This document shows, one piece after another, positions 37,389-48,794 of a stretch of 64,000 bases of DNA. The DNA is taken from the NCBI GenBank assembly GCA_054600435.1, contig BAAIJX010000008.1, positions 372,001 to 436,000 of the forward strand, in the 5' to 3' direction. How positions within the stretch are numbered: position 1 is the first letter of the stretch; each line of letters begins with the position of its first letter. The position numbers and the translations under genes were made by a program. This DNA comes from Neophaeotheca triangularis. Lineage: Eukaryota. Under the pieces are notes generated by a model. It ran no database searches. It was not told the origin of the DNA and was given only the letters and a program-made list of their open reading frames with translations.

Positions 37389-38679
37389 GGGCAGAAGTCT
37401 GAGAGTCGTAGAAGTCTCGGCTAGTTGGGAGCAAGTCCTACGAGTCTCAAGTGATGGTGTGCCGGAGGGCTTTGGCGCAACGGCGACGCTGCCGATGCAG
37501 TTCCAGTGAACTTGGGGCAGGGAGAAAGATATCTCCAAAAGCGAGGCCAGGTGGATGCAGTTGAGTTGAAGTGATTCCAAGAAGGTGATGGCAAAGCAGT
37601 ATAGCTCGTAGAGGGGCCTCAGTACACAATCCGGCCTCTAGTCTAGAGGGAGCATGAGATGAGGGGGATGCTAAGGTGGATGATGGAGGTGCGAGTGGAT
37701 TGGAAGTAGGCGTAGAGGCGTAGGGGAATAAAGTAGAGGAAAGGTATGAGAGCAGGAAAGAGAGATGGGAAAGTGCAACGTCGATGTCACATGAGTACTT
37801 TCGGCATGCGTGGCCGGTGATCCAGGGTGGCCCCTTCCTCATAAAGATGTCTGCAGTCGGTCGAGTTCATTCGATATCATCCAGCCTAAGATACCTACCT
37901 CGCCGACAGATTGCCATGAAAAAGTTCAACTGCAAGTTTTTCTGTCTCAGAGCCAGACATTGGGGGCATTGATGACAGGATATTTGTGTCACAGCGAACA
38001 GCCTGAGGCCATATCGCTGTTTTGGCCATTCCCCGAGGCAACAGGTCCTCCCCTACCTAGTACTGAGCAAGTTGCGCCTGCAGAATCAGTCTACGATTCG
38101 GTGGCCTGTTCCCAGTCCAGGGAGAAGGACTTGGCGAGCGCACGAAGACTTCAAAAGACCATCGTCAGATCCGTTTTTACGGAAAGGCTCATGGAATAGG
38201 TATCCGGCAAGATTGGATGGAAATTGATGCTGGTAGAGAGGACAATGTAGAAGATGTTAGGCCAAGACGTAGCAGACAACGAGGGGGAAGATCAGAAGAC
38301 TGCAGCAGTGAAGTTAGGAGGGTTTGAGACGATGTTGATACAAAGAAACAAGAGTATCGAGTGTAAAGAAGACATGCCTGGATGTCATGGGTTTGAAGAG
38401 GTGAGGTCCGGGTTAGGTAGGTGAAGTTGACACGAAGTCAAACGCGAGATCACGTGAATGCGGGGTATCCAACCGTGTAAAGAGACAGACAACGCTAAGC
38501 CTAGCTAGTAGACGAGCAAGGCGACCGCGGGAGGTACCTAGGCTGAGCTAGGTAAGCTACAGCTGCTTATTCCCTCCTAGTGGTATACAGTACTACTACA
38601 CCCATGCAACGGCTGCTCGCTCTACATACTGTATGCACCTCTCAACGTCTTTTCCCCGTCAGCCGCATCCTACGACATC

Positions 38680-38858
38680 ATGGACCATGTCGCCTCCTCC
38701 TCCTCCTCCCCCTCCGCCTCCGAGAAACAGCACAACGCTGCGCATCAGCGACAAAGTCTAGCATGGCGGGGTAGTGACGAGGAAGAAGACTCGAGTAATA
38801 ACAAACTTGACACGGCGGCGGGGCACAACAAGAACGGGATCAACACCGACATCGACAT

Positions 38859-38890
<32 letters not shown>

Positions 38891-40773
38891 GAGTACCGCC
38901 GCATGCCTCAACCACCGCATTCAACACGAGCGCCTCTGCGCACAATGGCGGCATCCCCATAATCAATACCAAGCTAGAGCATGACCCTCTAGCATATCGC
39001 GTACCCAGCAATTACCACCCTTCGCCCGCCAACCTTGGACTACACCTCGAAACAGATCTCGACGGGAAGCGCGGGGAGGCTCCAGCAATTCACGAAACGC
39101 CGGCCAAGGCAGTGAACATCATGTCATCGTCTGCAGATTCATCGGCGGTTATCGGGTCGTCGCTGGGTAGGCATTTATCGACCAACAGCATGCCTTCACC
39201 GGGCACAAGCCTACCTTCCCCATACCTGGCAGCCATGACAGATCTGACGCCGCTTCCATCGCCCCTCACAGGCTCTAGCGCACTCTCCGCATTTTCCAAG
39301 ACCAAGGGAGAATGCGCCACGCCCTCCAAGACCTCCTCCCGCCCTGCTAGTCCCACATCCCCACCGAAAAAGGCCAAAGGATACGGCAGCCTTGTACCTG
39401 CAGCGACGGAAGCATCTCGGACAAATGCGACACCCTCCCAAGGAAGTCCCAAGCTGGCTGGAGTGGGTCATGGCAGAAACCGCAGCGTCTCCGACTTCAT
39501 ACCGGTACCGTTATCCAACACCCGCCAACGGCACGTTACTTTTGGCCCGGGCGATAATGTCAAAGTAGAGACGCCTGAGTATCACATGCAAAGGGAGTCG
39601 TATTTGGCAGCACAACGAGGCCTGGTCGCGCAATCACCTGCCAAAGATGCTGCGAAAAAATTGCCTAGCCCGCCACCGAGTAGTTCAAGCGTGGTTTCCA
39701 GTACCGATGACGACGATTCCGCCGTTGTCGAGGGAGTGCCGAACAGCGAATACATAGAAGTCCGTTGCGGATTAGAGAAGCGCAAAAGAAAATATAGGAA
39801 GATACGAGAGTTGGGCCAAGGCACATTCAGCAAAGTCGTACTGGCAACAACCGAGCGTGCGCCCCTCAAAGTCACTCCAGAGGCCGAGCAATCCCTGAAC
39901 CCGGCCAAGCTCGTCGCGATCAAAGTCGTCGAACACGGCCCGGCGGGCGGCGCAGATGAAGAGCGCGTCGAAACCAGCCTACAACGAGAAGTCGAGATCC
40001 TCAAAAGCGTCTCACATCCCTCCCTGGTGCACCTCAAAGAATGCGAACTACTCGACACACGAGGGTGCCTAGTCCTCACCTACCGCCCAGGCGGCGACCT
40101 CTTCGAACTCGCCAGCGAACACCTCGAACTCCTCACCCGCCCCCTCGTCCAACGCGTCTTCGCCGAACTCGTCCACGCCGTCAGCTACCTTCACGCCAAA
40201 TGGATCGTACACCGCGACCTCAAGCTCGAAAACGTCCTCGTCAACATCCCCCCCTCCCAGCTCGCCAACATTACAGACCCAACAACCCACCCCGCCCCCC
40301 TCATCACCGTCACCGACCTAGGTCTCTCCAAGCGCGTCCCCCCCTCCTCCCCGCTCCTAACCACCCGCTGCGGCAGCGAAGACTACGCCGCCCCCGAACT
40401 CCTCCTGGGCCAACCCTACGACGGCCGCCTAACAGACGCCTGGGCCCTAGGCGTCCTCCTATACGCTCTCATGGAAGGCCGACTCCCTTTCGACGCGCCG
40501 CCGGGGAAACCGGACCGCAGCCGCAAAACCCACAGAATCGCACGCTGCGACTGGATCTGGACAAAATTCGGCGACGAGTGGGGCGATTGGGATGGCGAGA
40601 ATGGTTCGGAGTGGGAAGGGGCAAGAGAGTGCGTGGAAGCGCTTTTGCGGAAAGCGGGGCGGGGGAGGAAGACTCTGGCCGAGGTTGGGGAGATGGGATG
40701 GGTTAGGGGTGGGGTGAAGATCGAGGGCGGTTTGACGATGAGGGATGGGGATGGTGATGAGGCCATGGAGTAG
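38680..40773 (+). CDS. Ser/Thr protein kinase, Prr1-like
   Basis: LGQGTFSKV, VAIK, HRDLKLEN, DLG in place of DFG, TRCGSEDYAAPE and DAWALG; low-complexity N-terminus with poly-Asn. Confidence 0.9.
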
Positions 40774-41568
40774 AGGGATGGGACTTTAGGGCGGTTCGAC
40801 GTTTTTTTCTGCGTTGTCTGCGCAAACGGAGGTTTTGGCGTGCTTATTTTGGGTTGTCTGGCTTTTTTCACGACCGTACAGGCGTGTGGGTGTTGGTTAG
40901 GGGGCTCGGAGTGTCGCTTAAGATACCACTTTTTTCTTTTTTTTGGGGGGGAGGGGGGGGCTTAAGCATGGTATAGCGTAGGCGGTGGGGAAAGTTTGAA
41001 CAGAGACTAGTGCTCTTTCTAAAGCTGGATAATGCGTCTTCGCGTCTAAATGTCTGTTCTGCGACTCTTTGGCAGGCTCTTTTGATGGAGTTTTCCCGCG
41101 ATGGGTAGGGAAGGGAGGGCGCACAAAGGCCACCGAATCGTTCGACAGCTTTATGTTGAGCGATTGTATTGGGTGGAGTAACAACTGTTTTCAATCAAGA
41201 TTTTGCCTTTCAGGAAACCACATCGGGTGCGGGAGATGCGGGCATTGGGGTTGGGCGAGGGGGTTTGATATTTACCAAGGGCATTCCTTGGAGATGAGGT
41301 AGCTTTGACACAGGGGTTCGGAACAAGAGGGCTTTAGCAGATGGAGTGATCACCCGCCGCTCACTGGCGATTTCCATCACTTACAATCGGATTCGATGAA
41401 TGCCCGTGACACGTTGAACCCTGATGGGGGATTGGAAGTCTAGCTGTCCTACCCAAGATCAAACAATGTCGTGGCTGTCATACAAGCATGCCATTCAAGT
41501 CTGCACTACCAACAGGCTTTTTAAATACCTCCCCTCCGCCTCCCCCCAACCCCTTCTTATTGACTTCA

Positions 41569-43557
41569 TCACCTCTTCCCACTCTTCCCCTTCTTCTTTC
41601 CCTTCGCCCCACCCCCCGCACTCTGCCCCTTACCCGTAACAACCTGCCCGCCCGGCGTCGCAGGCCGACTGCCGTCTACCCCTTCGCCCGCACCCACGGC
41701 CCCCTGACTCATAGCCGCCGCCTTCTGCTTGCCCTTCTTGCCCTTGGGCCTATACGAACTGCGGTCGCGCAAAGGCAACCAGCGCTCCGGGTCCGGCGTC
41801 TTGCTCGGGTCGTAATCTTTCGGTAAGCGGGATTTGCGGGGTCTTTTTGCTCCGGCGCCCTTGTTGGGCTGGTCTTGTTGGGAGGTGGGGACTTTGCGTT
41901 TGAGATTCGTGGCCGCGTGGAGGGTGTCCAGGGGCGGGGTGGCGATGCCCGCGGTTTCGAGGTCCCCGGCGGAGATTGTGGAGGTTAGATGGTCGAGGGG
42001 CGTGAGGGTCGCGGGGACTCGGGAAGCGGCTGTGGCGTTCAGGGAGTCGGCGGCTAGGAGGCCCGCGGAAGCGTATTTGTCGCCTGGGTTCGCGTTGGTG
42101 AGAGTACGGAAGATTGAGGCTGCGAGGGTTTGGTGCTGGGGCTCTTGGGAGTCGAGGAGGGCGCTGCCGGCGGCTTTGAGGAGGTGCGCGACGCCTTTGG
42201 ACCACTTGCTTTGATCTTGGGGTTTCCAGTGTTCGGCGGCTTTGGCTAGCTCGTTGCGGGCTTCGGATCTTCGACCTTGGCTAGTGTAGAGGCTGACCAT
42301 TGCTCCTACGAGACCCGGGACGAAACGTACGGCTCGCTTTTCTGCTTCTTTCATCTGTTCTAGTCGTGATAGGAAAGACTCAAGCATACTGGTCGCCGAG
42401 CCGAGGTTGCCGGTAAGCACGTAAATTTGAATGATAGTCAAAGCGAGACCAACATCAGTGGGTCGTTTCTCCAGCATCGGAAAGACGTATTTCAATGCTT
42501 CCTTCGTGCCAAGTCCTTTAGCATGTGCTGCAGCGTTGACAGCGGAAAGTGAATTCGGAACGGCTTCGGCAGTCGGAGAAGGGAATTGATTAATGGTGCT
42601 CAGGGTTGAAGAAGCGACCCCGCCGAACTTGAAAGATTGTAAATCCGCTGCGTAATTGTTCCGCTGGAGCACTGCAGTCTGGTAGTAGAAAGTATAGTCC
42701 GGCTTCAGTTCGTCCAAATCCTTCGTGGCGAGACGTTGGGCGAGGAATGGGTTAGCCGGTGTCTCTGATGCGGCAATAGCGTTGACCTGTGCAATATATC
42801 TTGTAGAAGCGTCGGGTATGTTCTTCGTCTCGATGCTTGCTGCCATTGCTTCTGCCTCCGCTGTCCTGCCTTGTCGCGCTAAGACGAACACTTGCTGCAC
42901 ACCAATTGGGAGCAGCTCAGCAACTTTCTCCTCCTCAGTCAAATCTTCCAAGCCATTGCAAAGATCCCTGGCCCGCCTCAACAGTACCTCGCCTTGACCA
43001 AGCTCGCCCCGTGCTATGCTTCCACAAGCTGCATTGTACGCCGTTTCGAAAGCTTCCAAATCCGCTCGCTCAGGCTTCTTCTTCTCCACTAGCTCTCCCT
43101 TGCCGGCCCATTCGAGTTGCGCATCTACAGCACTAGCGTTGATCCGTAGATCGGCTTCCGCATCATCCGCCAATTGCGCTGAAAGGCTGCGGTAGACTTC
43201 TGACGCTTTCTTGAAATCCTCACTCCTGTAGGTTGCTTGCGCTTCAACATGTCGCAACCCTCTCGCATTCGCTTTGCTCGCTACTTGGGCAGCTTCCTTG
43301 GCACTTCCAGTTTTGTATAGGGCGTAGGCGTACTCCAAGCTGGCTTGTTGTTTAAGCTTGTCGCTTCCGCCTTTGAACACATTGAGCGCATCTTCGAATC
43401 GATCTAGCTTAAGAAGAGCTACCGCTTTGACATGCTGGGCTTCTAGGTCTCCTCCGGATTTCTTTAAAGCTGCATTCGCGGCGCGAAGAACCTCTTCGTG
43501 GTCCTCAATGTCGGTTCGTTGGAGGAGCGATGAGAGGGCGGGGACGGAGGCGGCCAT
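41569..43557 (-). CDS. SRP72: Signal recognition particle subunit SRP72
   Basis: N-terminal TPRs (LEYAYALYK, HVEAQATYR, FETAYNAAC) and RNA-binding motif LPKDYDPSKTPDPERWLPLRDRS. Confidence 0.95.
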   Translation of the reverse strand: MAASVPALSSLLQRTDIEDHEEVLRAANAALKKSGGDLEAQHVKAVALLKLDRFEDALNVFKGGSDKLKQQASLEYAYALYKTGSAKEAAQVASKANARGLRHVEAQATYRSEDFKKASEVYRSLSAQLADDAEADLRINASAVDAQLEWAGKGELVEKKKPERADLEAFETAYNAACGSIARGELGQGEVLLRRARDLCNGLEDLTEEEKVAELLPIGVQQVFVLARQGRTAEAEAMAASIETKNIPDASTRYIAQVNAIAASETPANPFLAQRLATKDLDELKPDYTFYYQTAVLQRNNYAADLQSFKFGGVASSTLSTINQFPSPTAEAVPNSLSAVNAAAHAKGLGTKEALKYVFPMLEKRPTDVGLALTIIQIYVLTGNLGSATSMLESFLSRLEQMKEAEKRAVRFVPGLVGAMVSLYTSQGRRSEARNELAKAAEHWKPQDQSKWSKGVAHLLKAAGSALLDSQEPQHQTLAASIFRTLTNANPGDKYASAGLLAADSLNATAASRVPATLTPLDHLTSTISAGDLETAGIATPPLDTLHAATNLKRKVPTSQQDQPNKGAGAKRPRKSRLPKDYDPSKTPDPERWLPLRDRSSYRPKGKKGKQKAAAMSQGAVGAGEGVDGSRPATPGGQVVTGKGQSAGGGAKGKKKGKSGKR

Positions 43558-45141
43558 GATGGAGGATTCGAGTTGTTACCAGGGCATTCGCGAGAGTCAC
43601 TTGGCTTCCTCGGTAGAATTTGGTGTTGTTGTTGTTGTATTGTAGACCCCCAGCAAGCTGCGGTGGTGGTTCGGTGAGGTCGTGTGCTGCTGCAACGTCG
43701 TCCGAGATGGCGCTTGGCGGGGGATGAAGCCGTCTGAAGTTCAAAATTCCCGTTTTGGCCGTAGCTCACGACTTCATCACGACAACATGCCACAAATTGA
43801 CTGCCAGTATACAAGATTCGAGAAGTCTACGCGATATTCCAGTATTCCAGCATCGTGAGAATATTCATATCCATATTCATATTCATATTTATATTCTCAA
43901 ACTGCTCGAGAGCACGAGTCCCTCCTACCAGCCAAAGCCCAAACTCTCACACTCTCCTCATCTTGTCAAATGTAGATGATACTGGACGTCTACAGGAGCA
44001 GACAGGTAAGATGCAATGCAATATTCCATTCCATACGTGAATCGGACGGAGCGTTCAGACATTGCCTGTCCAGCGCTTTTGCGACATCGCTAGGTGGAAA
44101 TGCACAGTACAGTAGGTTTCACTCGTTCTTGTTCCATCTCAGATGATATTTCACTTGCTACCTGACTTGTCGCTTCTCGTGAGCATCGATTTCGCCCATC
44201 ATATGGTCCCACATGCGTTTTAGCCCGTCTTTTAAGTACATTCACAACGGCTTCCCGGCGGTCCAAGACATCGACGGCACGCATCTTTGAAGAAATCTCC
44301 ACCTCTGGGCTCGATGAAAACTCTGTCGGTTTTCAAAGTACCTACCTCCACTGGGGGAATCACTTGGAGAGCTTCAAGAGAGCGCCTTAGGTCCCCTCCA
44401 CTGAGGTGAAGTAGACAGCCAACTACCTTCGATATCGGCATCACGACGACTTCTCTCTTCACTCGGCTCTTGAAACATCGACGGTAGCGCCGAAAAGTGA
44501 ACCTTCTTGCTTCCTTATCAGCCAGAAGCATGAGATTCTGTGGCTGTGATTGTATTTTCAGGTTACGGCAACTTCGCAGCTTGTCTTGATACCTCCTTGC
44601 CCTACTCGTTCGAACCTTGATCTGCCAAATACATGTCCATCGGTACTGGATCTCACCGGCACTACCTCGAAGTGAGCGTCGCCATTCACTGGCGTACGAG
44701 GGTACGAGATTGTTCAGCGCGGATTCCGAGAAAACTGCAGTCCTGCAGTTAGCTCTGACTTGTTCCTTCACCTACCGACTCAGTGCTTAATCGGCCCTAT
44801 AACACTTTGAATGCGTACACTCCCACGATTCTAAGGTACCTACTAACCTCTACGAGGCTTCTATCTTCGTGACTTAACACGACATAATTCTCCTCTGATA
44901 AAGACCTCCGAAGACGTCCTTTAGCGATATCGTCTAGTCACATCCCCCGACAATATCTACGACTCCTCTTCAAGAGGCAGTCAGACTTCTAAGACCACGT
45001 TGCTCGACTGAATTGCCTACTCACTCCGACTTCTTCTCCTCTTGATCACAACTACCGGCCAAGCAGTACCATCTGTCAGCCGCGTTTGGACTGCCACTCC
45101 GTAACCACCGAACCATCCCTGCCAACTTCACTTCTCCAAAA

Positions 45142-46635
45142 ATGAATCCTGACCCTCAAGCCATGTCTCTTGAGCAGACGAGGGCCGCTCTCCGCGAGCT
45201 GGTGCGCCAAAACCGCCACTGCCAAATGGCAAACGACTCCTACTTTCAGCAAAACAATGCTCTCCAAGCCGAACTGAATCGTGCGCGCGCTCGTATTCAG
45301 GAACTCACAGAGCAGCTCGCTCAAAGGTTGCCCGCAGAGCAGACTACCCGTACTTCGCCACCTCAAGCCACATCCCCCACAGGCCGCGAGGCAACAGCCA
45401 GCGCGCAGCTGGAACGCCTCCAAACCAAGAACGCAGAGCTTACTCACCAAGCAGTCAGTTTCCGCGAAGACCTCGACCGCTCATGGGCTACGGCAGCAAA
45501 GCAGCAGAAGGAGCTCACTCAACTGAGAAACGAGAGAGCTACTTTGGCAGAGCGCATCGAAAAGCACCAGAAGGAAACCGCCCAGCTCAAAAACGAGCGC
45601 GCTGCCCTGAAAGACCTGGTCAAAGAGTTCGAAGCCAATCTAGCCAAAGCGCAAAATGCCGAGAAAGCCGCCCGTCTCGAATGTGGCTTGGGCACCAACT
45701 CGCTGGAAGGCTCCTCTCAATTGAAGAAGCCCCTTACTCTTGCCGAAAGTGCTCGTCAACTTCTAGAGCTCGCCAACGGCGACGAGGTTCCAGCTCTCGA
45801 GGCGTTCCAAGCCGAGCTCGATCGTGCTCGGGCGACTCCGAGCGGCGACAGTACAAGAAGCACTCAGTCCAAGCATGAACCAGCTCGTTGCTCGATCCAG
45901 CATCAAGGGGCCTTCCAAAGTCGCCGGGATAACAAGGGGCCCGGGACCGAAAACGTGACATTCCGGCCCAAAGGCACCGCCGTCAAGGTCGAGAAACGAT
46001 CCATCGATCTCACCGAAAGTGACGGCGAACAGTCAGCCAAGAAGACCAAAAGACCGCACCGCCAAGACAATGCCGTCGAGGAAAGGAGTGTAAAGGGAGA
46101 GAAAACGGGGCAGCGTATGCAGAACCATTCCAAGTCCTTCCACGCTGCCGCCGTTACCGCACCGCCCGACGGTAACACGCTGCGTGCAGAAGACTCTCCC
46201 AAAGCATACCGCGCACCCACTAACACCGGGCTCACCCCCAGCTGTAACCCAGACCACTTCGAGGCCTTTTCCCACCTCCTCCGCAGCCTCGCTCTCGAGA
46301 AATGCGCCCTGGACTTCCTCAAGCCGGTGAACCAGGAAGCCGACGAAGCCGACGACCCCCCCTACTACGACGTCGTCGCTAACCCGCGCAGTCTGCTGGA
46401 CATCACGAACAAGCTTGAACGCGAAGGTTATGGGAGTCTTTGCGAAGTCGATTGGGATATTCGCCTGATTGCGGAGAATGCCAAGTGGTACAATCCTTCG
46501 AACCATCCCGTTTGCAGGTATGCCGAGGTTTTTAAGGAGACTTATCAGAAGCTTCTTGACAAGCATTTCCGGGAGTTGAGGACGGCTATTGGGTATGAGA
46601 AGCTGCGGGGTTCGAGAATGCGAGGGAGGCGCTGA
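45142..46635 (+). CDS. Coiled-coil protein with a C-terminal bromodomain
   Basis: N-terminal heptads; FLKPVN..PPYYDVVANPRSLLDITNKL....Y.....DIRLIAENAKWYN with the conserved Asn. Confidence 0.8.
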   Translation: MNPDPQAMSLEQTRAALRELVRQNRHCQMANDSYFQQNNALQAELNRARARIQELTEQLAQRLPAEQTTRTSPPQATSPTGREATASAQLERLQTKNAELTHQAVSFREDLDRSWATAAKQQKELTQLRNERATLAERIEKHQKETAQLKNERAALKDLVKEFEANLAKAQNAEKAARLECGLGTNSLEGSSQLKKPLTLAESARQLLELANGDEVPALEAFQAELDRARATPSGDSTRSTQSKHEPARCSIQHQGAFQSRRDNKGPGTENVTFRPKGTAVKVEKRSIDLTESDGEQSAKKTKRPHRQDNAVEERSVKGEKTGQRMQNHSKSFHAAAVTAPPDGNTLRAEDSPKAYRAPTNTGLTPSCNPDHFEAFSHLLRSLALEKCALDFLKPVNQEADEADDPPYYDVVANPRSLLDITNKLEREGYGSLCEVDWDIRLIAENAKWYNPSNHPVCRYAEVFKETYQKLLDKHFRELRTAIGYEKLRGSRMRGRR

Positions 46636-47084
46636 CGTGTTGAAGTTTTTCAGGTCTGCCGTTGGCGTGGAGGGGGGGTTGGGGGACCTGGTTATTGGGG
46701 GACTTGTGGTGGAAGGGATCTGGGAAGCGGGTGGTTGGGTGGTTTGACATGGAAACGGACTGTTTTATGGTTTTAGTGAAGATGGGTTGGAGTTTGGGGA
46801 AAGGTTTGAACATTTACCCCATTTTTGCTATGGTATCTTCAGCTACCATCTTTGTTCCTTTACTTCCAATAAACATAACTGCTAAGCTACAGATGGCTTG
46901 CCATGGGCACTGTGCCTTTCCTAAACGCACCGTACTAGCCAACACTGTTCGCACTTGCTAGAATTTTTGCAAGCATGTCATACGAATAATACACTTTACT
47001 AGAAGCTAGACCTGTATGTCTCCTAGCGTCCTGCATAGACAATTTTACAGCAACACAGCACAACCCTCATTCACCCCATGATAT

Positions 47085-48503
47085 TTACATGTCCTTAACC
47101 TGACTCCGATCAGCCATCCTGCCCTCAGCTTTCCCGCCCTCCATATGCTGAGTCTCCACCAACCCAGCCTTGGGATCCTCATCCGGCAAACCAGTCTCAC
47201 GACGCACATCCAACACAGCTCGACGAACCGTCATAGTAACATCCTTCCTCAACTGTTGCGCTTCCTCCCCAAACCGCAAAAACTCTTCATCAATCTCCCC
47301 CAGCCCTTGCACCGCCCGCTCCCGAGCACCTCCCCCACCCTCTCCCCGCCGTCTCGCCCTCTCCTCCAACCCCCGCCACTGCGTCCGAAACTCCTCCCAC
47401 ACCCGCGGATCCACCACATCCCCAAAACTAATCGTGACCTTCTTCCCCGCTCTCGGCAACGGGCGCGGCCACGTCCTGTTCTCGTTCATAACCTCTTGCG
47501 GCCCGTCGATCCACATGGGCAGCACGTCCGGACACGGCTCGGATTCCAGAATCAGCCGCGCCACGCCCCATTTGAAATACCGCATAATTTTGTCAGGGTG
47601 CTGGTGGATTTTGCCTTCGGGGAAGATGTGGACCCAGCTGTGGCGGCGGGAGGGGTAGGCTGATGGGGCCGGGAAGGCGTCCGTGCCGGTGGTTGTGTAG
47701 GTTAGTGTCGGGGAGGAGAAGGGGTCGGAAAGGGCGAAGGAGGTTTCACTTGAGTGAGGCTGGGGGCCTGGGAGTGAAGACTGCGCGTGGGGGTCGCTGA
47801 GGAGGCGGATCACTTCGGTCATGGTGGGTTGAAAGAGCCCGCCGTGTGGGGAATGCGCTATTCGATGGGTGGGGAGCGTGTTGCCGTATGAGAAGAAGGC
47901 TGAAAGGAGGCTGCGTTGGCTGTTTGATGTCAGCACGGGTTTGTTATTTGGACGGCGAAGCTTGGAGCATTATTTTCTTCTAGCGGAGGATGATATGCTG
48001 CGGATTGCTGTGCCAGATATCTTCTATGACTGCATCGACTTACCCATTCTTGAAACATATATCGTAGCTCCCCAAACCCCAACGCATATTGTTTGGGTTC
48101 CACAAGTGGCGAAATGGCAAGACGCCCCATATCATCGGATCATCAAGACTGCCATGAACCGTCAATTCTCCAGATTCGAGACTGAAATTTAGGAGAAGAT
48201 GGCAGCACTGCCCTAAAGCCCACTTACACGCTGGTATGATTCGATACTTACGCCAGGCATCAGCGTACATGCCAGGGTTGTGACAATAATTTTACGACAC
48301 CTACCTGTGACGAGCCCCCGTTGCCTTCTTTCGGGATCTGTGCGGGCATCTAGAATTTCCAGGAAATTGTCTAGGCCATGTGTTTCGGCATCGCTCAAAG
48401 CGTATAGAAAACTTTTGCAGAGGAAGCCGACTGTCCCAATGTTTAGGGATGAGAGGGTCCTGAAAGTCCAGGGAGGCTGATAGGGGCGCTCTTCCTCGGC
48501 CAT
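47085..48503 (-). CDS. TAZ1: Tafazzin, cardiolipin transacylase (exons 48503-48305, 48246-48228, 48148-48044, 47910-47085)
   Basis: Spliced RGLVTVSNHTSVLDDP, MRWGLGSYDICF, WVHIFPEGKIHQ and RYFKWGVARL. Confidence 0.93.
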
Positions 48504-48608
48504 ACTTGCACGTCGCGATGCTGTCGTCGGGCTAGGATGGGATTGTCAGAGACATGGTCATTGCCGCAGACTCTTGAAGACAGGGGCAGAGGGGTAAAGA
48601 GCAAAAAG

Positions 48609-48749
48609 TGATATGAAAGTGTCATGAATGTGTGTCCCATAGAAGATGTCTATGGAAAGCTAGCTAAAGAAAGGTGGTGATGCATGCATGCACGGGCCTA
48701 GTGCCACGTCACGGTGTCACGTGACGTCCCCTGGCCGCCTTCCGCATCA
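48609..48749 (-). repeat. 3' LTR (141 bp, TGAT...ATCA)
   Basis: Matches 56397-56537 at 139 of 141 positions. Confidence 0.96.
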
Positions 48750-48794
48750 GAGGGGGGGTCTTGAGAGACCGCGTCGTGCCCTCAAGCGGTCATA

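Noticed and set aside
40313..40323. DLG instead of DFG as a sign of a pseudokinase
   Set aside because: The Asp and all other catalytic motifs are intact; DLG occurs in active kinases of this type.
44090..44771. 179-aa and 70-aa minus-strand ORFs
   Set aside because: Non-ATG starts, no coding bias and no recognisable domain.
17139..48503. Four mitochondrial genes (TIM23, PIC2, PDA1, TAZ1) as a functional cluster
   Set aside because: They are spread over 31 kb among unrelated genes with no shared motif seen; compatible with chance.
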